Assembly: GCA_046052125.1 (NCBI GenBank)
Contig: JBJOMY010000001.1
Span: 160,001 to 224,000 of the forward strand
Direction of reading: 5' to 3'
Length of the DNA: 64,000 bases
Origin: Cyanobacteriota bacterium
Lineage (GTDB): Bacteria > Cyanobacteriota > Cyanobacteriia > PCC-6307 > Cyanobiaceae
Both the position numbers and the translations under genes were made by a program. This document shows, piece by piece, positions 46,019 through 57,828 of this stretch. The notes under the pieces are model-generated. The model was not told the DNA's origin. It worked only from the letters and a program-made list of their open reading frames with translations, and made no database searches. Position 1 is the first letter of the stretch, and each line of letters starts with the position of its first letter.

Positions 46019-46833
46019 AGGAGCTGACCGGCACCTGTCAGACGAACCAGGCCTGATCCGGCGTCGTCGCAGAGCATTCCACCACGCCGGGGCGATGGTT
46101 GCCAGCCGCGCACCTGGGACCGTTGCAACCGTTCCATCCACCAGGGGGCCACCAGGGCGTGGGCCGAGCCGGTGACCGGATCCTCATCAATGCCGAGCCC
46201 TGGCGCGAAGAAGCGCAGTTGGTAGTCGCAGGAGCCGTCCATCAGCTCAGGGCCAGCGGTTGGGAGGGCTTGCATCAGCACCAGGCCCATGCGGTCCTGG
46301 CCCTGCAATCGGGGCGCGGGATTGTCCATCGCTGCCAACGCTGCATCTTCCGGCAACAGCGCCACGCGGTAGCCCAGGGCCGAACCCCAGTAGGCCTCAA
46401 TCGCTGTACCCAGCAGTGTTTCCAGGGCATTGGGCACAGGCAGCGGTTCAAGCCCCCCACCTGGCAACACCAAACTGGCGCTCCCTGGCCAGCGCGCTTC
46501 GAGGCCCACCGCCAAAGCACCGCTGCGGCTGGCGAGCTGCAGGGTGGTGCCCGGTTGCAGACGGCCCCAGTGGGCCAGGGCCAGCGTGGCCGCCAGGGTG
46601 GCGTGACCGCAGAGCGGCACTTCGCAGCTGGGGGTGAACCAACGCAGGCGCCATTGCCCCTGATCGCTGCAATGCAGAAACGCCGTTTCCGACTGTTTGA
46701 AACTGCCCGCGAGGCGCTGCATCCAGGCCGCTGATGCGGGCTGCTCCAGCAGCACCACCGCGGCGCCATTGCCGTGCAGCGGTTCACTACTGAACGCCTC
46801 CACCAACACAGCGGGCAGGCGCTGCTGCATCAC
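45946..46833 (-). CDS. PhzF family protein
   Basis: 'GNGAAVV', 'SETAF', 'EVPLCGHATLA', 'EDPVTGSA'. Confidence 0.92.
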   Translation of the reverse strand: MMQQRLPAVLVEAFSSEPLHGNGAAVVLLEQPASAAWMQRLAGSFKQSETAFLHCSDQGQWRLRWFTPSCEVPLCGHATLAATLALAHWGRLQPGTTLQLASRSGALAVGLEARWPGSASLVLPGGGLEPLPVPNALETLLGTAIEAYWGSALGYRVALLPEDAALAAMDNPAPRLQGQDRMGLVLMQALPTAGPELMDGSCDYQLRFFAPGLGIDEDPVTGSAHALVAPWWMERLQRSQVRGWQPSPRRGGMLCDDAGSGLVRLTGAGQLLWDGQINASGSGCDPDDWQQSVRL

Positions 46834-47756
46834 GCGAAGGCCAGCTCCTCAGGCTTGAGGCCGCGCCCCATCAGCAGCCGAACCGCCGCCGCCGGCTCCA
46901 GCTCACCCGCCATCAGCGCTCCCACCTGCTCACAAATTGGCAAATGCCAGCCATGGCGTTCGCCCAGGGCCAACACCGCCAAAGCGGTCTGCGCCCCTTC
47001 CACCGTGGCGCCTACCCGCTCCAGGGCGGCATCGCGATCCAATCCCTCCGCCAGGGCCAGGCCAAAGCGGTAATTGCGGCTGAGGTTGCTATTGGCCGTG
47101 GCCAGCAGATCCCCCAGCCCCGCCAGGCCATAAAGGCTGGGAGCATCGCCCCCCAGGCCCTGGATCACCAGGCCCATCTCCACGAGTCCTCGGCACAGGA
47201 GCGAGGCCTTGGCATTGGCACCCAGCGCCAGGCCGTCACACACACCAGCCGCGATCGCCATCACGTTCTTGAGAGCGCCGGCCACCTCGGTGCCCACCGG
47301 GTCGTTGTTGGTGTACAGCCGCAGGCGCTCGCTGCTCAGGGCCTGTTGCAACTCAGCGGCGAGCGATTGGTTGTCGCTGGCCAACACGCTGGCAGCCGGC
47401 AACCCCTCGGCCAGTTCGGTCGCCAGATTCGGGCCGCTGAGCACCACCACCGGCAGGTCGGGCAGCTCCCGGCGCCATAGCTGGCTGGGGGTGCATTGCA
47501 GCTCGAGATCGATGCCTTTGCTGCAGCTCAAGAGCGGAACGCCAGCGGGCCACTCGGGCGCCAGCTGCGGCACCAGGCTGCGCACACCATGGAGCGAGGC
47601 GGCCATCACCACCAAGTCGGCCTTCGCTAGCGCCTGTTGAGGGGATCCTCCCTGGCGCCGGCTCCAGCCCTGCACCTGATGCCCCTGTTCCTCGAACAGC
47701 GCAGCGAGGGTGGAACCCCAGGCTCCCAGACCGATGACCGCGATGCGCAGGCTCAT
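46830..47756 (-). CDS. gpsA: NAD(P)H-dependent glycerol-3-phosphate dehydrogenase
   Basis: 'GLGAWGS', 'SGPNLA', 'GALKNV', 'GLGDLLAT..S..SRN'. Confidence 0.95.
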   Translation of the reverse strand: MSLRIAVIGLGAWGSTLAALFEEQGHQVQGWSRRQGGSPQQALAKADLVVMAASLHGVRSLVPQLAPEWPAGVPLLSCSKGIDLELQCTPSQLWRRELPDLPVVVLSGPNLATELAEGLPAASVLASDNQSLAAELQQALSSERLRLYTNNDPVGTEVAGALKNVMAIAAGVCDGLALGANAKASLLCRGLVEMGLVIQGLGGDAPSLYGLAGLGDLLATANSNLSRNYRFGLALAEGLDRDAALERVGATVEGAQTALAVLALGERHGWHLPICEQVGALMAGELEPAAAVRLLMGRGLKPEELAFA

Positions 47757-47763
47757 GGCGCCA

Positions 47764-48147
47764 TCATGCGCCAGCGGCAGCGTGTTGTTGCAGCACCTCC
47801 AGGGGGATCACCGCCAGGGTGCTCTGCTCGCAGGCTTCGAGACGCACGGGCGGGGCCATGCCGTCCTCGTAGGCCTCGAGCCAGCGGCCGGCGCACACGC
47901 ACCAGTGATCACCGGGTTTGAGGCCAGGGAAGCCGTAGTGCGGGGCAGGGGTGCTGAGGTCGTTGCCCTGGGCGCGCGAATAGGAGAGGAAGCGCTCATC
48001 CACCACACAACACACCGTGTGGCGGCCGAGATCCGTGCCATCGGTGCGGCAGCTGCCATCGCGGTACCAACCGGTCATCGGATCGCAGCCGCAAACCGCC
48101 AGGGGCTCGCCGAGCACGTTCAGGGCTGGGGTGTCGTTGGGGCTCAC
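47764..48147 (-). CDS. DUF2237 family protein
   Basis: 'NVLGEPL..C..DPMTGWYRDG', 'GNDLSTP', 'WCVCA'. Confidence 0.9.
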   Translation of the reverse strand: MSPNDTPALNVLGEPLAVCGCDPMTGWYRDGSCRTDGTDLGRHTVCCVVDERFLSYSRAQGNDLSTPAPHYGFPGLKPGDHWCVCAGRWLEAYEDGMAPPVRLEACEQSTLAVIPLEVLQQHAAAGA

Positions 48148-48265
48148 AGGGGCGAACAACGCTCTGGTGAACGGCAGTCTGACGACGGAGTGGCACAAAT
48201 CGCGATCAGACAGTTGACGGACCCTGGGGGGCAGGCGTTAAAGGTCATTCAGCAGACCCCCCTAC

Positions 48266-48493
48266 ATGAGCTGGGACTTCACCGAAGACGGCGCCTTCCT
48301 GGCCCTGTGCGATGCCTTCAAGGAAAGCGGCGAGAGCTCGGCGATCGAGTTCCTGGCCAACGGTGAAGGTGCCTTCCATTTCCAGGAGCTGGCTCAGAAC
48401 GCCGCCGGTGAGGGCATCGATCTCTCCGACTCCACCGATCTCGAGGAGTTCCAGCAGGAAGTGATCGAAACCCTCGAAGACCTCTGCGGCTGA
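48266..48493 (+). CDS. Small acidic conserved hypothetical protein
   Basis: 75 aa, strong coding bias. Confidence 0.75.
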   Translation: MSWDFTEDGAFLALCDAFKESGESSAIEFLANGEGAFHFQELAQNAAGEGIDLSDSTDLEEFQQEVIETLEDLCG

Positions 48494-48565
48494 TTGCTCA
48501 ACCGACCGGGAGGACCCCAGAGCGCTGGCAGCAGGGCCTCTCGATCCACAAAGGAGATCTCGGCC

Positions 48566-48841
48566 TCAGGCGCCGTAGAAGAAAGCGATCTCCTTGTCCT
48601 TCAGACCCTCCCAGCCAGCGGCCTTGAGGCGCGCATCGAGGGTTTGCTGGTCGAAATGCTTTGAGCCGGTTTTCACGATGCGGTTGCGCATCGATTTCTT
48701 CACGCCACTGCGGGCGCGCTGGCTCTCCAGATCCATCACCTCCTTGTAGAGGCTGATCATCTCCGCAGGGATCGGGGTGCCATCGAGGTCGAGGCCTGCA
48801 GCGATGGCGTCGTCGACGCCGCCGGGTCCGGCAATGGCCAT
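48566..48841 (-). CDS. DUF4090 family protein
   Basis: 'GLDLDGTPIP...RSGVKKSMRNRIV...KEIAFFY'. Confidence 0.8.
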   Translation of the reverse strand: MAIAGPGGVDDAIAAGLDLDGTPIPAEMISLYKEVMDLESQRARSGVKKSMRNRIVKTGSKHFDQQTLDARLKAAGWEGLKDKEIAFFYGA

Positions 48842-48898
48842 GCAGGGGAGGGGTTCAGGGCGAGTCGACCCTAGGGCCGGCCCCATCCAGAACGGTTC

Positions 48899-51800
48899 TC
48901 AGGCGGAGAAGTAACGGGCCTGGCTGTGCAGGGCCACCAGGGCCGTGGTGCTCTGCTCGGGCTCGAGCTGATCGCTCTCATCCATCGACAGACCGATGCG
49001 ATCCGTGTGCAGCCAGGCCAGCTGCTGGCGCGAATCGCCCACGTTGGGGCAGGCGGGGTAGCCGAAGGAGTAACGGCTGCCGCGGTAGCGCTGGGCGAGC
49101 ACGTCCCGCAGCGGCATGTCGGCGGGATCGGCGAAGCCCAGCTCGCTGCGGATGCGGGCATGCACCCACTCGGCGAGGGCCTCGGCCATCTGCACTCCAA
49201 GGCCGTGGAAATAGAGGTAGTCGCTGTACTGGTCGCCCTTGAACAGCCGCTGGGCAAAGGCCGTGGCCTTCTCGCCCATGGTCACCGCCTGCATCGGCAG
49301 CACATCGGTGGGCTGGCCGCCGGCGAGGTCTTGATAGAAGTCGGCGATGCAGTAGCGGTTGCCGGAGCGTTGGCGCGGCAGGGCGAAACGGCCGAGCTCA
49401 ATGCTGCGCTCACCGGCACCGCTGTGCTGCTGGGGATCGAAGACCACAACGCTGTTGCCCTCACGACCGCAGGGGAAGTAGCCGTAGGCCACCCGCGGCG
49501 TGAGCAGTTGCTCGTCAAGGCAGCGCGCCATCCACTGCTGCAGCACGGGCTCAGCCTTCTCGGCGAGCAACGCTTCGTAGTCCTCACGCGATTGGCCCTG
49601 GGCCTTGCGCAGCTGCCATTGGCCAGCAAACAAGGCGTTGCGATCCAGGTAGGCAAACACCTGCTCCAGCGGGATCTCCTTCTCGGTGAGCACTTGGCTG
49701 CCCCAGAAGGGAGGCGTGAGCGCCGGTTCAGCGGGCACCGCCTCGGAGCGGTGGTCGTTGGGTTCGGCGGGGGCCGTAGCGGCCGATTCGTTGGCGGCAG
49801 CGGCCTCGGGAGCTGTTCCGGCGGCATCACCGGCCGGTTCAGCCGCAGCCTCGGCCTCTACGGCCGTCTCGAGCCCCAGGCCCTCAGGGGCACCGGCGAG
49901 AAAGCCACGCCCGTTGTCCCACTGCTCGGCATCGCGGGCCGCCACGTAGGCATCCATGAAGCGCAGGTCGGCGAAGGCATCGCGGCCGTAGATCACCTGG
50001 CCCTGGTACACCTCGCGGCAGTCCTTGTTCACAAAGCGCGGGGTGAGGGCCGCACCGCCGAGGATCACGGGCACATCGATGCCCGCCTCGTTGAAGGCCG
50101 CGAGGTTGTCCTTCATGAACGCGGTGGACTTCACCAGCAGGCCGCTCATGGCGATGCAGTCGGCCTGGTGCTTCTGCTGCGCCTCGATAATCGCTTCCAC
50201 CGGCTGCTTGATGCCGAGGTTGATCACCTCGTAGCCGTTGTTGGTGAGGATGATGTCGACCAGGTTTTTGCCGATGTCGTGCACATCGCCCTTCACGGTG
50301 GCGATCAGGAACTTGGCCTTGGCGGAGCTCTCGCCCTCCACCTTGTCCATCAGCGGCTCGAGGAAGGCCACGGCCGATTTCATCGTTTCGGCGCTCTGCA
50401 GCACGAAGGGCAGCTGCATCTGGCCGGAGCCGAACAGCTCACCCACCACCTTCATGCCATCGAGCAGGAAGGTGTTGATGATCTCCAGCGGCTTGTAGCG
50501 CTCCAGCGCAATCTTGAGCGCGTCTTCCAGGCCGATGCGCTCGCCATCGATGATGTGCTGCTTGAGGCGCTCCTCGATCGGCAGGTCACTGAGCTGCGGG
50601 CCTGAGGCGCGGGCTTCCTTGGCGCTCACCCCCTCGAACAGCTTGGTGAGTTCGGTGAGCGGGTCGTAGATGCACACGCCGTTGTCGAAACGGCGGTTGT
50701 CGTTGATCAGATCACGGCACACCTGCTGGTGTTCCTCGCTGATCTTCACCAGCGGCAGGATCTTGGCCGGGCTCACAATTGCTGCATCCATGCCGGCTTC
50801 GCAGCAGTCGTGCAGGAACACGGAATTGAGCACGATCCGCGCCGCCGGCGACAGACCGAAGCTCACGTTGCTCACGCCGAGCACCACGTGCACCCCGGGC
50901 AGGTTCTGGCGGATCATCCGGATCGCCTCCACCGTGGCCAGGCCGTTCTCGCGGTCTTCCTCGATGCCGGTGGAGATGGGCAGGGCGAGGGGGTCGTAGA
51001 AGATTTCGTGGGCGGGAATGCCGTATTCGAGGGCATCGCGGTAGGCGCGCTGGGCGATCACGAACTTGCGCTCCGCCGTGCGGGCCATCCCCTCTTCATC
51101 GATGGTGCCCACCACCACACCGGCGCCGTAATCGCGGGCCAGCTCCAGCACCTTGAAGAAGCGCTCGTCGCCGTCTTCGTAGTTGGTGGAGTTGAGGATG
51201 CACTTGCCGCCGGCCATCTTCAGGCCGGCCTCCATCTTTTGCCACTCGGTGGAATCGAGCATCAGCGGCAGGTTCACGTTCGTGACCAGCCGGCTCACCA
51301 GCTCGCGCATGTCGCGCTCGCCATCGCGCCCCACGTAGTCGACGTTCACGTCGAGCACGTGCGCGTTTTCCTTCACCTGGCCGCGGGCCACAGCCACCAG
51401 GCCATCCCAATCTTCAACGGCGAGAAGATCGCGCACCTTCTTGGAGCCGCTGGCATTGAGACGCTCGCCAATGATCAGGAAGGAGTTGTCCTGCAGGTAG
51501 GGCGTGGTGCCGTAGAGCGAGGCGGCCGCCGGCTCGTAGCTAAAGGCCGGGCGGGGATCTTCAGCGCTTTGGCGCAGCTCGGGGGTGCGCACAGGGCGCG
51601 GGGCGGGTTTGAGCTCCGCCGCCAGTTCCGCCAGGGCACCGATGTGGGCCGGTGTGGTGCCGCAGCAGCCGCCGATCACCTGCACGCCGAGGTCTTCGAC
51701 GAAGTGCATCAGCTGCATCTTCATCTCCACCGGTGTGAGCCGGTAGTGGGCCACGCCACCGATGTTTTCCGGCAGGCCGGCGTTGGGGATGCAGCTCACC

Positions 51801-52558
51801 ACGAAGGGGCTGTGCTCGCTCAGATAGCGCACGTGCTCCTTCATCTGCTCCGGACCGGTGGCGCAGTTGAGCCCGAGCACATCGATCGGGAATGGCTCCA
51901 GAATCGACACCACGGCGGCGATATCGGAGCCCACCAGCATCGTGCCGGTGGTTTCCATCGTCACGCTCACCATCAACGGCCGGCGCTGGCCGGTTTTGCT
52001 GAAGGCCTGCTCAATCCCTTGAAGCGCTGCCTTGATCTGCAAGACGTCTTGGCAGGTTTCGACGATGAACAGATCCACATCGCCGGCGATCAGCCCCTCG
52101 GCCTGCTCGGCGAAGGCATCGCGCAGTTCATCGAAGCCGATATGGCCCAGGGTGGGCAGCTTGGTGGTGGGGCCCATGGAGCCCGCCACGAAACGGGGTT
52201 TCTCCGGCGTGCTGTAGGCATCGGCCATCTCGCGCGCTAATTCAGCGGCGCGCTTGTTGAGCGCAAAGGCCTGATCCTGCAGGTCGTATTCCGCGAGCAC
52301 GGTGGAGGCCGCACCGAAGGTGTCGGTCTCGATCACATCGCAGCCCACCTCGAGGAACTGCCGGTGCACCGCTTGGACGGCATCGGGGCGGGTGAAGACC
52401 AGGTTCTCGTTGCAGCCCTCCAGGGCGGCGCCGCCGAAGTCTTCGGCGGTGAGATCCATCTGTTGCAGCGAGGTACCCGTCGCGCCGTCAAACACCAGCA
52501 CAGGGTGCTCCGGGCTATGCAGGCGCTCGAGGAAACCGATCCGTTGGGTGGCCAGCAT
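48899..52558 (-). CDS. metH: Cobalamin-dependent methionine synthase
   Basis: 'GGCCGTTP', 'IGERLN', '[13 protein letters not shown]', '[10 protein letters not shown]'. Confidence 0.97.
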   Translation of the reverse strand: MLATQRIGFLERLHSPEHPVLVFDGATGTSLQQMDLTAEDFGGAALEGCNENLVFTRPDAVQAVHRQFLEVGCDVIETDTFGAASTVLAEYDLQDQAFALNKRAAELAREMADAYSTPEKPRFVAGSMGPTTKLPTLGHIGFDELRDAFAEQAEGLIAGDVDLFIVETCQDVLQIKAALQGIEQAFSKTGQRRPLMVSVTMETTGTMLVGSDIAAVVSILEPFPIDVLGLNCATGPEQMKEHVRYLSEHSPFVVSCIPNAGLPENIGGVAHYRLTPVEMKMQLMHFVEDLGVQVIGGCCGTTPAHIGALAELAAELKPAPRPVRTPELRQSAEDPRPAFSYEPAAASLYGTTPYLQDNSFLIIGERLNASGSKKVRDLLAVEDWDGLVAVARGQVKENAHVLDVNVDYVGRDGERDMRELVSRLVTNVNLPLMLDSTEWQKMEAGLKMAGGKCILNSTNYEDGDERFFKVLELARDYGAGVVVGTIDEEGMARTAERKFVIAQRAYRDALEYGIPAHEIFYDPLALPISTGIEEDRENGLATVEAIRMIRQNLPGVHVVLGVSNVSFGLSPAARIVLNSVFLHDCCEAGMDAAIVSPAKILPLVKISEEHQQVCRDLINDNRRFDNGVCIYDPLTELTKLFEGVSAKEARASGPQLSDLPIEERLKQHIIDGERIGLEDALKIALERYKPLEIINTFLLDGMKVVGELFGSGQMQLPFVLQSAETMKSAVAFLEPLMDKVEGESSAKAKFLIATVKGDVHDIGKNLVDIILTNNGYEVINLGIKQPVEAIIEAQQKHQADCIAMSGLLVKSTAFMKDNLAAFNEAGIDVPVILGGAALTPRFVNKDCREVYQGQVIYGRDAFADLRFMDAYVAARDAEQWDNGRGFLAGAPEGLGLETAVEAEAAAEPAGDAAGTAPEAAAANESAATAPAEPNDHRSEAVPAEPALTPPFWGSQVLTEKEIPLEQVFAYLDRNALFAGQWQLRKAQGQSREDYEALLAEKAEPVLQQWMARCLDEQLLTPRVAYGYFPCGREGNSVVVFDPQQHSGAGERSIELGRFALPRQRSGNRYCIADFYQDLAGGQPTDVLPMQAVTMGEKATAFAQRLFKGDQYSDYLYFHGLGVQMAEALAEWVHARIRSELGFADPADMPLRDVLAQRYRGSRYSFGYPACPNVGDSRQQLAWLHTDRIGLSMDESDQLEPEQSTTALVALHSQARYFSA

Positions 52559-53475
52559 CAACCGTTCAGACGCACACGGGTGACCCAGTGATCGAAGGCC
52601 GGATCGCGGCCTTCAGTGATCGCGGTGAGGCGATCGCGGATGGCATCCATCACGGGGCGATTGGCGCTCAGATCGGTGTTCTCCACGCGGCGCACCGGCG
52701 TGACCTTGGCGGCAGTGCCGCTGAGGAACACCTCATCGGCGATGAACAGCTCGCTCTTGTCCACCGGGCGCTCCAAGGTGGGGATGCCCATGGTCTTAGC
52801 GAGTTCGAGCACGCTGGCGCGGGTGATGCCCTCGAGGATGTCCTGATCCACGCCAGGGGTGATCAGCACGCCATCGCGCACCAGGAACAGGTTCATGCCG
52901 CTGGCCTCGCTCACCTTGCCGCGGCTGTTGAGCAGCAGGGCTTCATCGAAGCCGCTCTTCACGGCTTCGGTTTTGGCCAGGGAGCTGGTGATGTAGGCGC
53001 CGCTGATCTTGCCGCGCAGGGGCAGGGAGCGATCTTCCTGGCGGGTCCAGGAGCTGATGCGGCAGCTCACGCCCTCGGGGGAGAGGTAGTCGCCCAGCTC
53101 GAGGCCGTAGATCAGGAAATCGGTCTCGATGTTGTGCAGCCGCGGCGCAATCCCCAGATCGCTGGTGTAGACGAAAGGCCGCAGATACACCGGGCAGGTG
53201 GGCTTGTTCGCTTGCAGGAATTGGTGAATGGCGCTGTGGATCGTGTCTTCGCTCAGCTCGGTGAGCAGCAGCCGGGCGCTCTGGCTCAGGCGGCGGGCAT
53301 GGCGATCAGCCCGGAACAGCAGGATCTCGTTGGCATCGGCCGGGTTCGGCAAAGCGCGCATGCCGCCGAAGGCACCGGTGCCGTAGTGCAGCGCATGGGT
53401 TGCCACCGACAGCGTGGCTTCGGCGAAGGGCACGCACTTGCCACCGAACCAGGCGTAGGGCAGAAACTGATGCAT
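52558..53475 (-). CDS. ilvE: Branched-chain amino acid aminotransferase
   Basis: 'HALHYG', 'GKISGAY', 'EASGMNLF', 'ILEGITR', 'SGTAA'. Confidence 0.95.
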   Translation of the reverse strand: MHQFLPYAWFGGKCVPFAEATLSVATHALHYGTGAFGGMRALPNPADANEILLFRADRHARRLSQSARLLLTELSEDTIHSAIHQFLQANKPTCPVYLRPFVYTSDLGIAPRLHNIETDFLIYGLELGDYLSPEGVSCRISSWTRQEDRSLPLRGKISGAYITSSLAKTEAVKSGFDEALLLNSRGKVSEASGMNLFLVRDGVLITPGVDQDILEGITRASVLELAKTMGIPTLERPVDKSELFIADEVFLSGTAAKVTPVRRVENTDLSANRPVMDAIRDRLTAITEGRDPAFDHWVTRVRLNG

Positions 53476-53568
53476 TGGGTCGGTGGGGCTGCGCGGCCGC
53501 TGCTGCAGGTGATCTTCTCACCGGCCGGGTCCTGACTGTGAGCCCAGCGGCCCCGGCAGGATGGGGCC

Positions 53569-56500
53569 ATGCATCGCCTCGCCGCCGTTCCAGGCAGCAG
53601 CAGCCCTGGCGACGGGGTTCTGTTCATCGAACAACCAGCCGCTACCGCGGTGCTGCTCACCAGTGCGGACACCGATCTCACGGCGCTGGCGGGTCAGCTC
53701 GATCGCGATCCATCCCCCCTGGGCCCCGGCCGAAGCCTCGGCGGCCTAAACCTGGCGGCCCTCCAACACCCGGCGGTACTCGACCACTACATCCGCACCA
53801 GCCTTGCGCGGAGCGAGCTGGTGATCGTGCGGCTGCTGGGGGGACGCGGCCACTTCAGCTATGGACTGGAGCAACTGAGGGGCTGGGCCGAGGCACAACC
53901 CCAGCGGCAGTTGATGGTGCTCTCGGGCACCGCCGAGGAGGAAGCCAGCCTGGTGGAGCTGGGCACCGTTCCCCCTGGCCTGGCCCTGGCCTGCAGTCGC
54001 TGCCTGCGTGAGGGCGGCCCCGCGAACTGGCACGCCGTGCTGGAGAGCCTCAGGGCTCACCTCAATCGAGAGCAGCTCCAGCTGCCTGAGCCGCAGGCCT
54101 TGGCGGATCCACAAACGCACGACTGGCGGGATGAGCCCGGGTCGCGGGTGGGCGTGGTGCTCTACCGGGCCTTGCTGCAGGCGGGGGATCTCCGTCTTGC
54201 GGAGGTGTTGCTGGAAACCATGCGCCAGGCGGGCCTGGCACCGCGTGCTCTCTGGATCAGCAGCCTGCGCGATCCGGCCGTGCAGCAGGGGGTGGCGGAT
54301 CTGTTCGAGCGGGAGCAGGTGCAGGCGGTGCTCTGCACCACCTCCTTCGCCTCGGTGCAGTTCAGCGAAGCCGGGCTTGGCGCACCGCTATGGGAACGGC
54401 TGGGGGTACCCGTGCTTCAACTGCTCTGCAGCACCCAGAGCCGCGAGAGCTGGAAGGAGAGCAGCGTGGGCTTGGCGCCCCTGGATCTCACGCTGCAGAT
54501 CGCGTTGCCGGAGCTGGATGGACGCATCACCACCCGGGTGGGCGCCTTCAAGGAGGCCCAACGGGCCGATGCGCGGCTCTCCACGGCGCTGCTCAGCTAC
54601 GAGCCCGATCGAGAACGTCTGGCCTGGGTCTGCCAGCTGATCGCCCGCTGGTGCGAGCTGCGGGTCACGCCAGCGCCGCAACGGCGTCTGGCCCTGGTGC
54701 TCGCCAATTACCCCACCCGCAACAGCCGCCTCGCCAATGGCGTCGGGCTCGACACGCCGGCCAGCGCCGCATCGATGTTGCACTGGCTGGCGGAGGCCGG
54801 CTACAGGCTTGGCGATGGCGAACTGCCCGCCGATGGCGATGCGTTGATCCAGCTGCTGCTGGCGGGCCGCAGCAACGATCCCGAAAGCCTGCATCGGCCT
54901 GCCCTGGCCAACCTGCCCCTGGCGGATTACGAGGCCTGGTACGCCGAACTGCCCCTGGAAGGGCGTGAACGCCTGGAAGCGCGCTGGGGGCCTCCAGGCT
55001 CCGATCCGCAGCTGGAAGCGGCGGGATTTCCGATCCAGGCCCTGCGTTTCGGCCAGGTGATCGTGCTGATCCAGCCCGAGCGCGGCTACGACCGCGACCC
55101 CAGCCTCAGTTACCACTCACCTGATCTGCCACCACCCCACGCTTACCTGGCCCAGTACCTCTGGCTGCGGCAGGTGGCTGGCGTGCAGCTGATTTGCCAT
55201 GTGGGCAAACATGGCAACCTCGAGTGGCTGCCTGGCAAGGGGCTTGGCCTGTCGAGCAGCTGTTACCCGGAGTGGGCGCTGGGGCCCATGCCGCACATCT
55301 ATCCCTTCATCGTTAACGACCCCGGCGAAGGCTCCCAGGCCAAGCGTCGATCCCAGGCGGTGATCCTCGATCACCTCACACCGCCCCTCGGTCGCGCCGG
55401 GCTACACGGCGATCTGCGCGAGCTGGAAGCCCTGATCGACGAGTACTGGGAGGCGATGCAGCTCGGCAGTGCCCGCAGCGAGCCACTGCGGGGCCAGGTG
55501 CTGCAGCGGCTGGCGGTGTTGCAGCTCCCGGATCTCCTGACAGGCGTGGAGGGCGGCGACCCCCTCGATGCCGCCGATGGCTACCTGTGCGAGCTCAAGG
55601 AAGCGCAGGTGCGCACGGGCCTGCACCGCTTCGGAGTGCTGCCGGAGCCGGCGGCGTTGGCTGAACTGCTCAGCTGCCTGGCGCGCCCTCCCCAGGATCA
55701 GGGTCTCGGCCTCACCCAGGCCATCGCCCGCGATCTCGAGCTCGAGCTGGATCCCTGGGCTGAACCGGAGGAAGCACCGCTCAGCGAGACCGACACCCAG
55801 CGACTCCAGACCCTCGGTGTGATGCTCCCGCGCCACGCCGGCGATGCGGTGGAGTGGCTGGAGGCCCAGGCAGCCGACCTGTGCAGCGAGCTGATCGCCG
55901 GTCGGCGCCCCACCAAAACAGCGGGAGCTGAAACCGAACGCGTTCTGGATCGGTTGCAAAACGGCCTGCTCCCCAACTTGCTCCGCTGCGGCACCGCCGA
56001 GCAGCAGGCCTTCCTCACGGCTGTGGCCGGAGGCCGCATTGCCGCCGGCCCCTCCGGGGCTCCCACCCGCGGGCGGCCGGATCTGTTGCCCACGGGGCGC
56101 AACTTCTACAGCGTGGATCTGCGGGCCCTGCCCACCGAAGCGGCCTGGGATTTGGGGCGCCGAAGCGCGGAGCTGCTGCTCGATCAACACCTGATGCAGG
56201 AGGGCGAGCCCCTGCGCCATCTCGCCCTCTCGGTGTGGGGCACCAGCACCATGCGCAACGGCGGCGAAGACATCGCCCAGGCCTTGGCGCTGCTGGGGGT
56301 TCGCCCTCTTTGGGATGGTCCGAGCCGGCGTCTGGTGGACCTGGAACTGATCCCGCTGCTGCATCTGGGCCGCCCACGCGTGGATGTGACGGTGCGGATC
56401 TCGGGCCTGTTCCGCGATGCCTTCCCGCAGCTCGTGGCCTGGCTCAATCGCGCTACGGCTCTGGTGGCGGCGGCTGACGAACCCGAGGCGGACAACCCTC

Positions 56501-57276
56501 TGGCGGCGGCAGCCCGGCGCGATGGGCATGCGTGGCGCGTCTATGGCTCGGCGCCCGGGGCCTACGGGGCCGGCCTGCAAGGGCTGATCGACAGCGGCGA
56601 GTGGGAAACCCGCGCCGACCTGGCGGCCGCCTACCTCAACTGGAGCAGCTGGCGCTACGAGGGTCTCGGCGGCGCTGATGGCAGCAGCATGCGCCTCGAG
56701 ATCCAGGCGGATCGCCAGGGGTTTGAGCAGCGGCTGGGGTCGGTGCAGGTGGTGCTCCACAACCAGGACAACCGCGAACACGACCTGTTCGATTCCGACG
56801 ACTACTACCAGTTCCAGGGCGGCCTCTCCGCTGCCGTGGAGGCCGTGTCTGGCCAGGCGCCACAACTGTGGTTCGGCGATCACTCCCGCCATCAGCGACC
56901 CCGGATGCACCGACTCGAGCGGGAGTTCGACAAGGTGCTGCGCTCCCGCGTGCTCAATCCACGCTGGATCGAGGGGATGCAACAACACGGCTACAAGGGC
57001 GGCTTCGAGATGGCCGCCAGCCTCGACTACCTGTTCGCCTACGACGCCAGCACCGGCCGCGTGCCCGACTGGAGCTATGGCGCCATCACCGAGCAGTGGC
57101 TGGGGGATGAACAGGTGCTCACCTTCCTCAAGCAGGCCAACCCCTGGGCCCTGCGCGACATGGCCGAGCGCCTGCTGGAGGCCCACAACCGCGGCCTCTG
57201 GAGCGGAGCACAAAAAAACCAGCTGGAGCAGTTGCGCCAGCTGGTGCTTGAGGCTGAACAGCTTGTGGAGGGTTAA
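53569..57276 (+). CDS. cobN: Cobaltochelatase subunit CobN
   Basis: 'HVGKHGNLEWLPGK', 'LPTGRNFY', 'RISGLFRD', 'HGYKG'. Confidence 0.96.
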   Translation: MHRLAAVPGSSSPGDGVLFIEQPAATAVLLTSADTDLTALAGQLDRDPSPLGPGRSLGGLNLAALQHPAVLDHYIRTSLARSELVIVRLLGGRGHFSYGLEQLRGWAEAQPQRQLMVLSGTAEEEASLVELGTVPPGLALACSRCLREGGPANWHAVLESLRAHLNREQLQLPEPQALADPQTHDWRDEPGSRVGVVLYRALLQAGDLRLAEVLLETMRQAGLAPRALWISSLRDPAVQQGVADLFEREQVQAVLCTTSFASVQFSEAGLGAPLWERLGVPVLQLLCSTQSRESWKESSVGLAPLDLTLQIALPELDGRITTRVGAFKEAQRADARLSTALLSYEPDRERLAWVCQLIARWCELRVTPAPQRRLALVLANYPTRNSRLANGVGLDTPASAASMLHWLAEAGYRLGDGELPADGDALIQLLLAGRSNDPESLHRPALANLPLADYEAWYAELPLEGRERLEARWGPPGSDPQLEAAGFPIQALRFGQVIVLIQPERGYDRDPSLSYHSPDLPPPHAYLAQYLWLRQVAGVQLICHVGKHGNLEWLPGKGLGLSSSCYPEWALGPMPHIYPFIVNDPGEGSQAKRRSQAVILDHLTPPLGRAGLHGDLRELEALIDEYWEAMQLGSARSEPLRGQVLQRLAVLQLPDLLTGVEGGDPLDAADGYLCELKEAQVRTGLHRFGVLPEPAALAELLSCLARPPQDQGLGLTQAIARDLELELDPWAEPEEAPLSETDTQRLQTLGVMLPRHAGDAVEWLEAQAADLCSELIAGRRPTKTAGAETERVLDRLQNGLLPNLLRCGTAEQQAFLTAVAGGRIAAGPSGAPTRGRPDLLPTGRNFYSVDLRALPTEAAWDLGRRSAELLLDQHLMQEGEPLRHLALSVWGTSTMRNGGEDIAQALALLGVRPLWDGPSRRLVDLELIPLLHLGRPRVDVTVRISGLFRDAFPQLVAWLNRATALVAAADEPEADNPLAAAARRDGHAWRVYGSAPGAYGAGLQGLIDSGEWETRADLAAAYLNWSSWRYEGLGGADGSSMRLEIQADRQGFEQRLGSVQVVLHNQDNREHDLFDSDDYYQFQGGLSAAVEAVSGQAPQLWFGDHSRHQRPRMHRLEREFDKVLRSRVLNPRWIEGMQQHGYKGGFEMAASLDYLFAYDASTGRVPDWSYGAITEQWLGDEQVLTFLKQANPWALRDMAERLLEAHNRGLWSGAQKNQLEQLRQLVLEAEQLVEG

Positions 57277-57289
57277 CCCCTCAGCTGAT

Positions 57290-57802
57290 TCAGAGGTCCT
57301 TCACCCAGCCCTTGAAGCCGTCGATGTCGCCGGGCTTGCTGGGCTGTTGGCTGCTGATCTGAGGCTGGGCTTCGCTGCTGGCGGCCTTGCGGGGAGCCAC
57401 GCCGGGGGCGTTGGTGGCCACGGCCGAGCCCTTCTTGCGCTGCTCCAGCTCTGCCTTGCTCATCTGCTCGGCGAAGGTCTTCTTCACGGGCTTGGGGATA
57501 CCGCCGGTGAGATTGATCTCGGTTTCCTTCTCCACAGCACCACCGAGGCCAGGGGTGGCCTTCTCGCGGCGCATCTCCATGGAGGCCACCTCTTCGATGA
57601 GCTCCTTGTCGCCAGGGCTGCTGGCCGTACCCGGGAAGGTGTGGCGGATGGTGTTGGAGCGGCGCATGAACTCCACGTTGCCCATGCTGCTGGAGGAATC
57701 CGCGTCCAGGAAGAAGGCGTCTTCCTTTTTGGCGGGCTTCTTTGCCTCAGCGGTGCCGGTCACCGACTTGTTGCCACCGAGCAGACGATCGAACAGGCCC
57801 AT
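57290..57802 (-). CDS. Conserved hypothetical protein
   Basis: 'AFFLDADSSSSMGNVEFMRRSNTIRHTFP'. Confidence 0.75.
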   Translation of the reverse strand: MGLFDRLLGGNKSVTGTAEAKKPAKKEDAFFLDADSSSSMGNVEFMRRSNTIRHTFPGTASSPGDKELIEEVASMEMRREKATPGLGGAVEKETEINLTGGIPKPVKKTFAEQMSKAELEQRKKGSAVATNAPGVAPRKAASSEAQPQISSQQPSKPGDIDGFKGWVKDL

Positions 57803-57828
57803 CGGCAGGGATGAATGCTTGGGGAACC

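Noticed and set aside
53476..53568. Cobalamin riboswitch between ilvE-metH and cobN
   Set aside because: The intergenic region is too short and lacks a B12-box.
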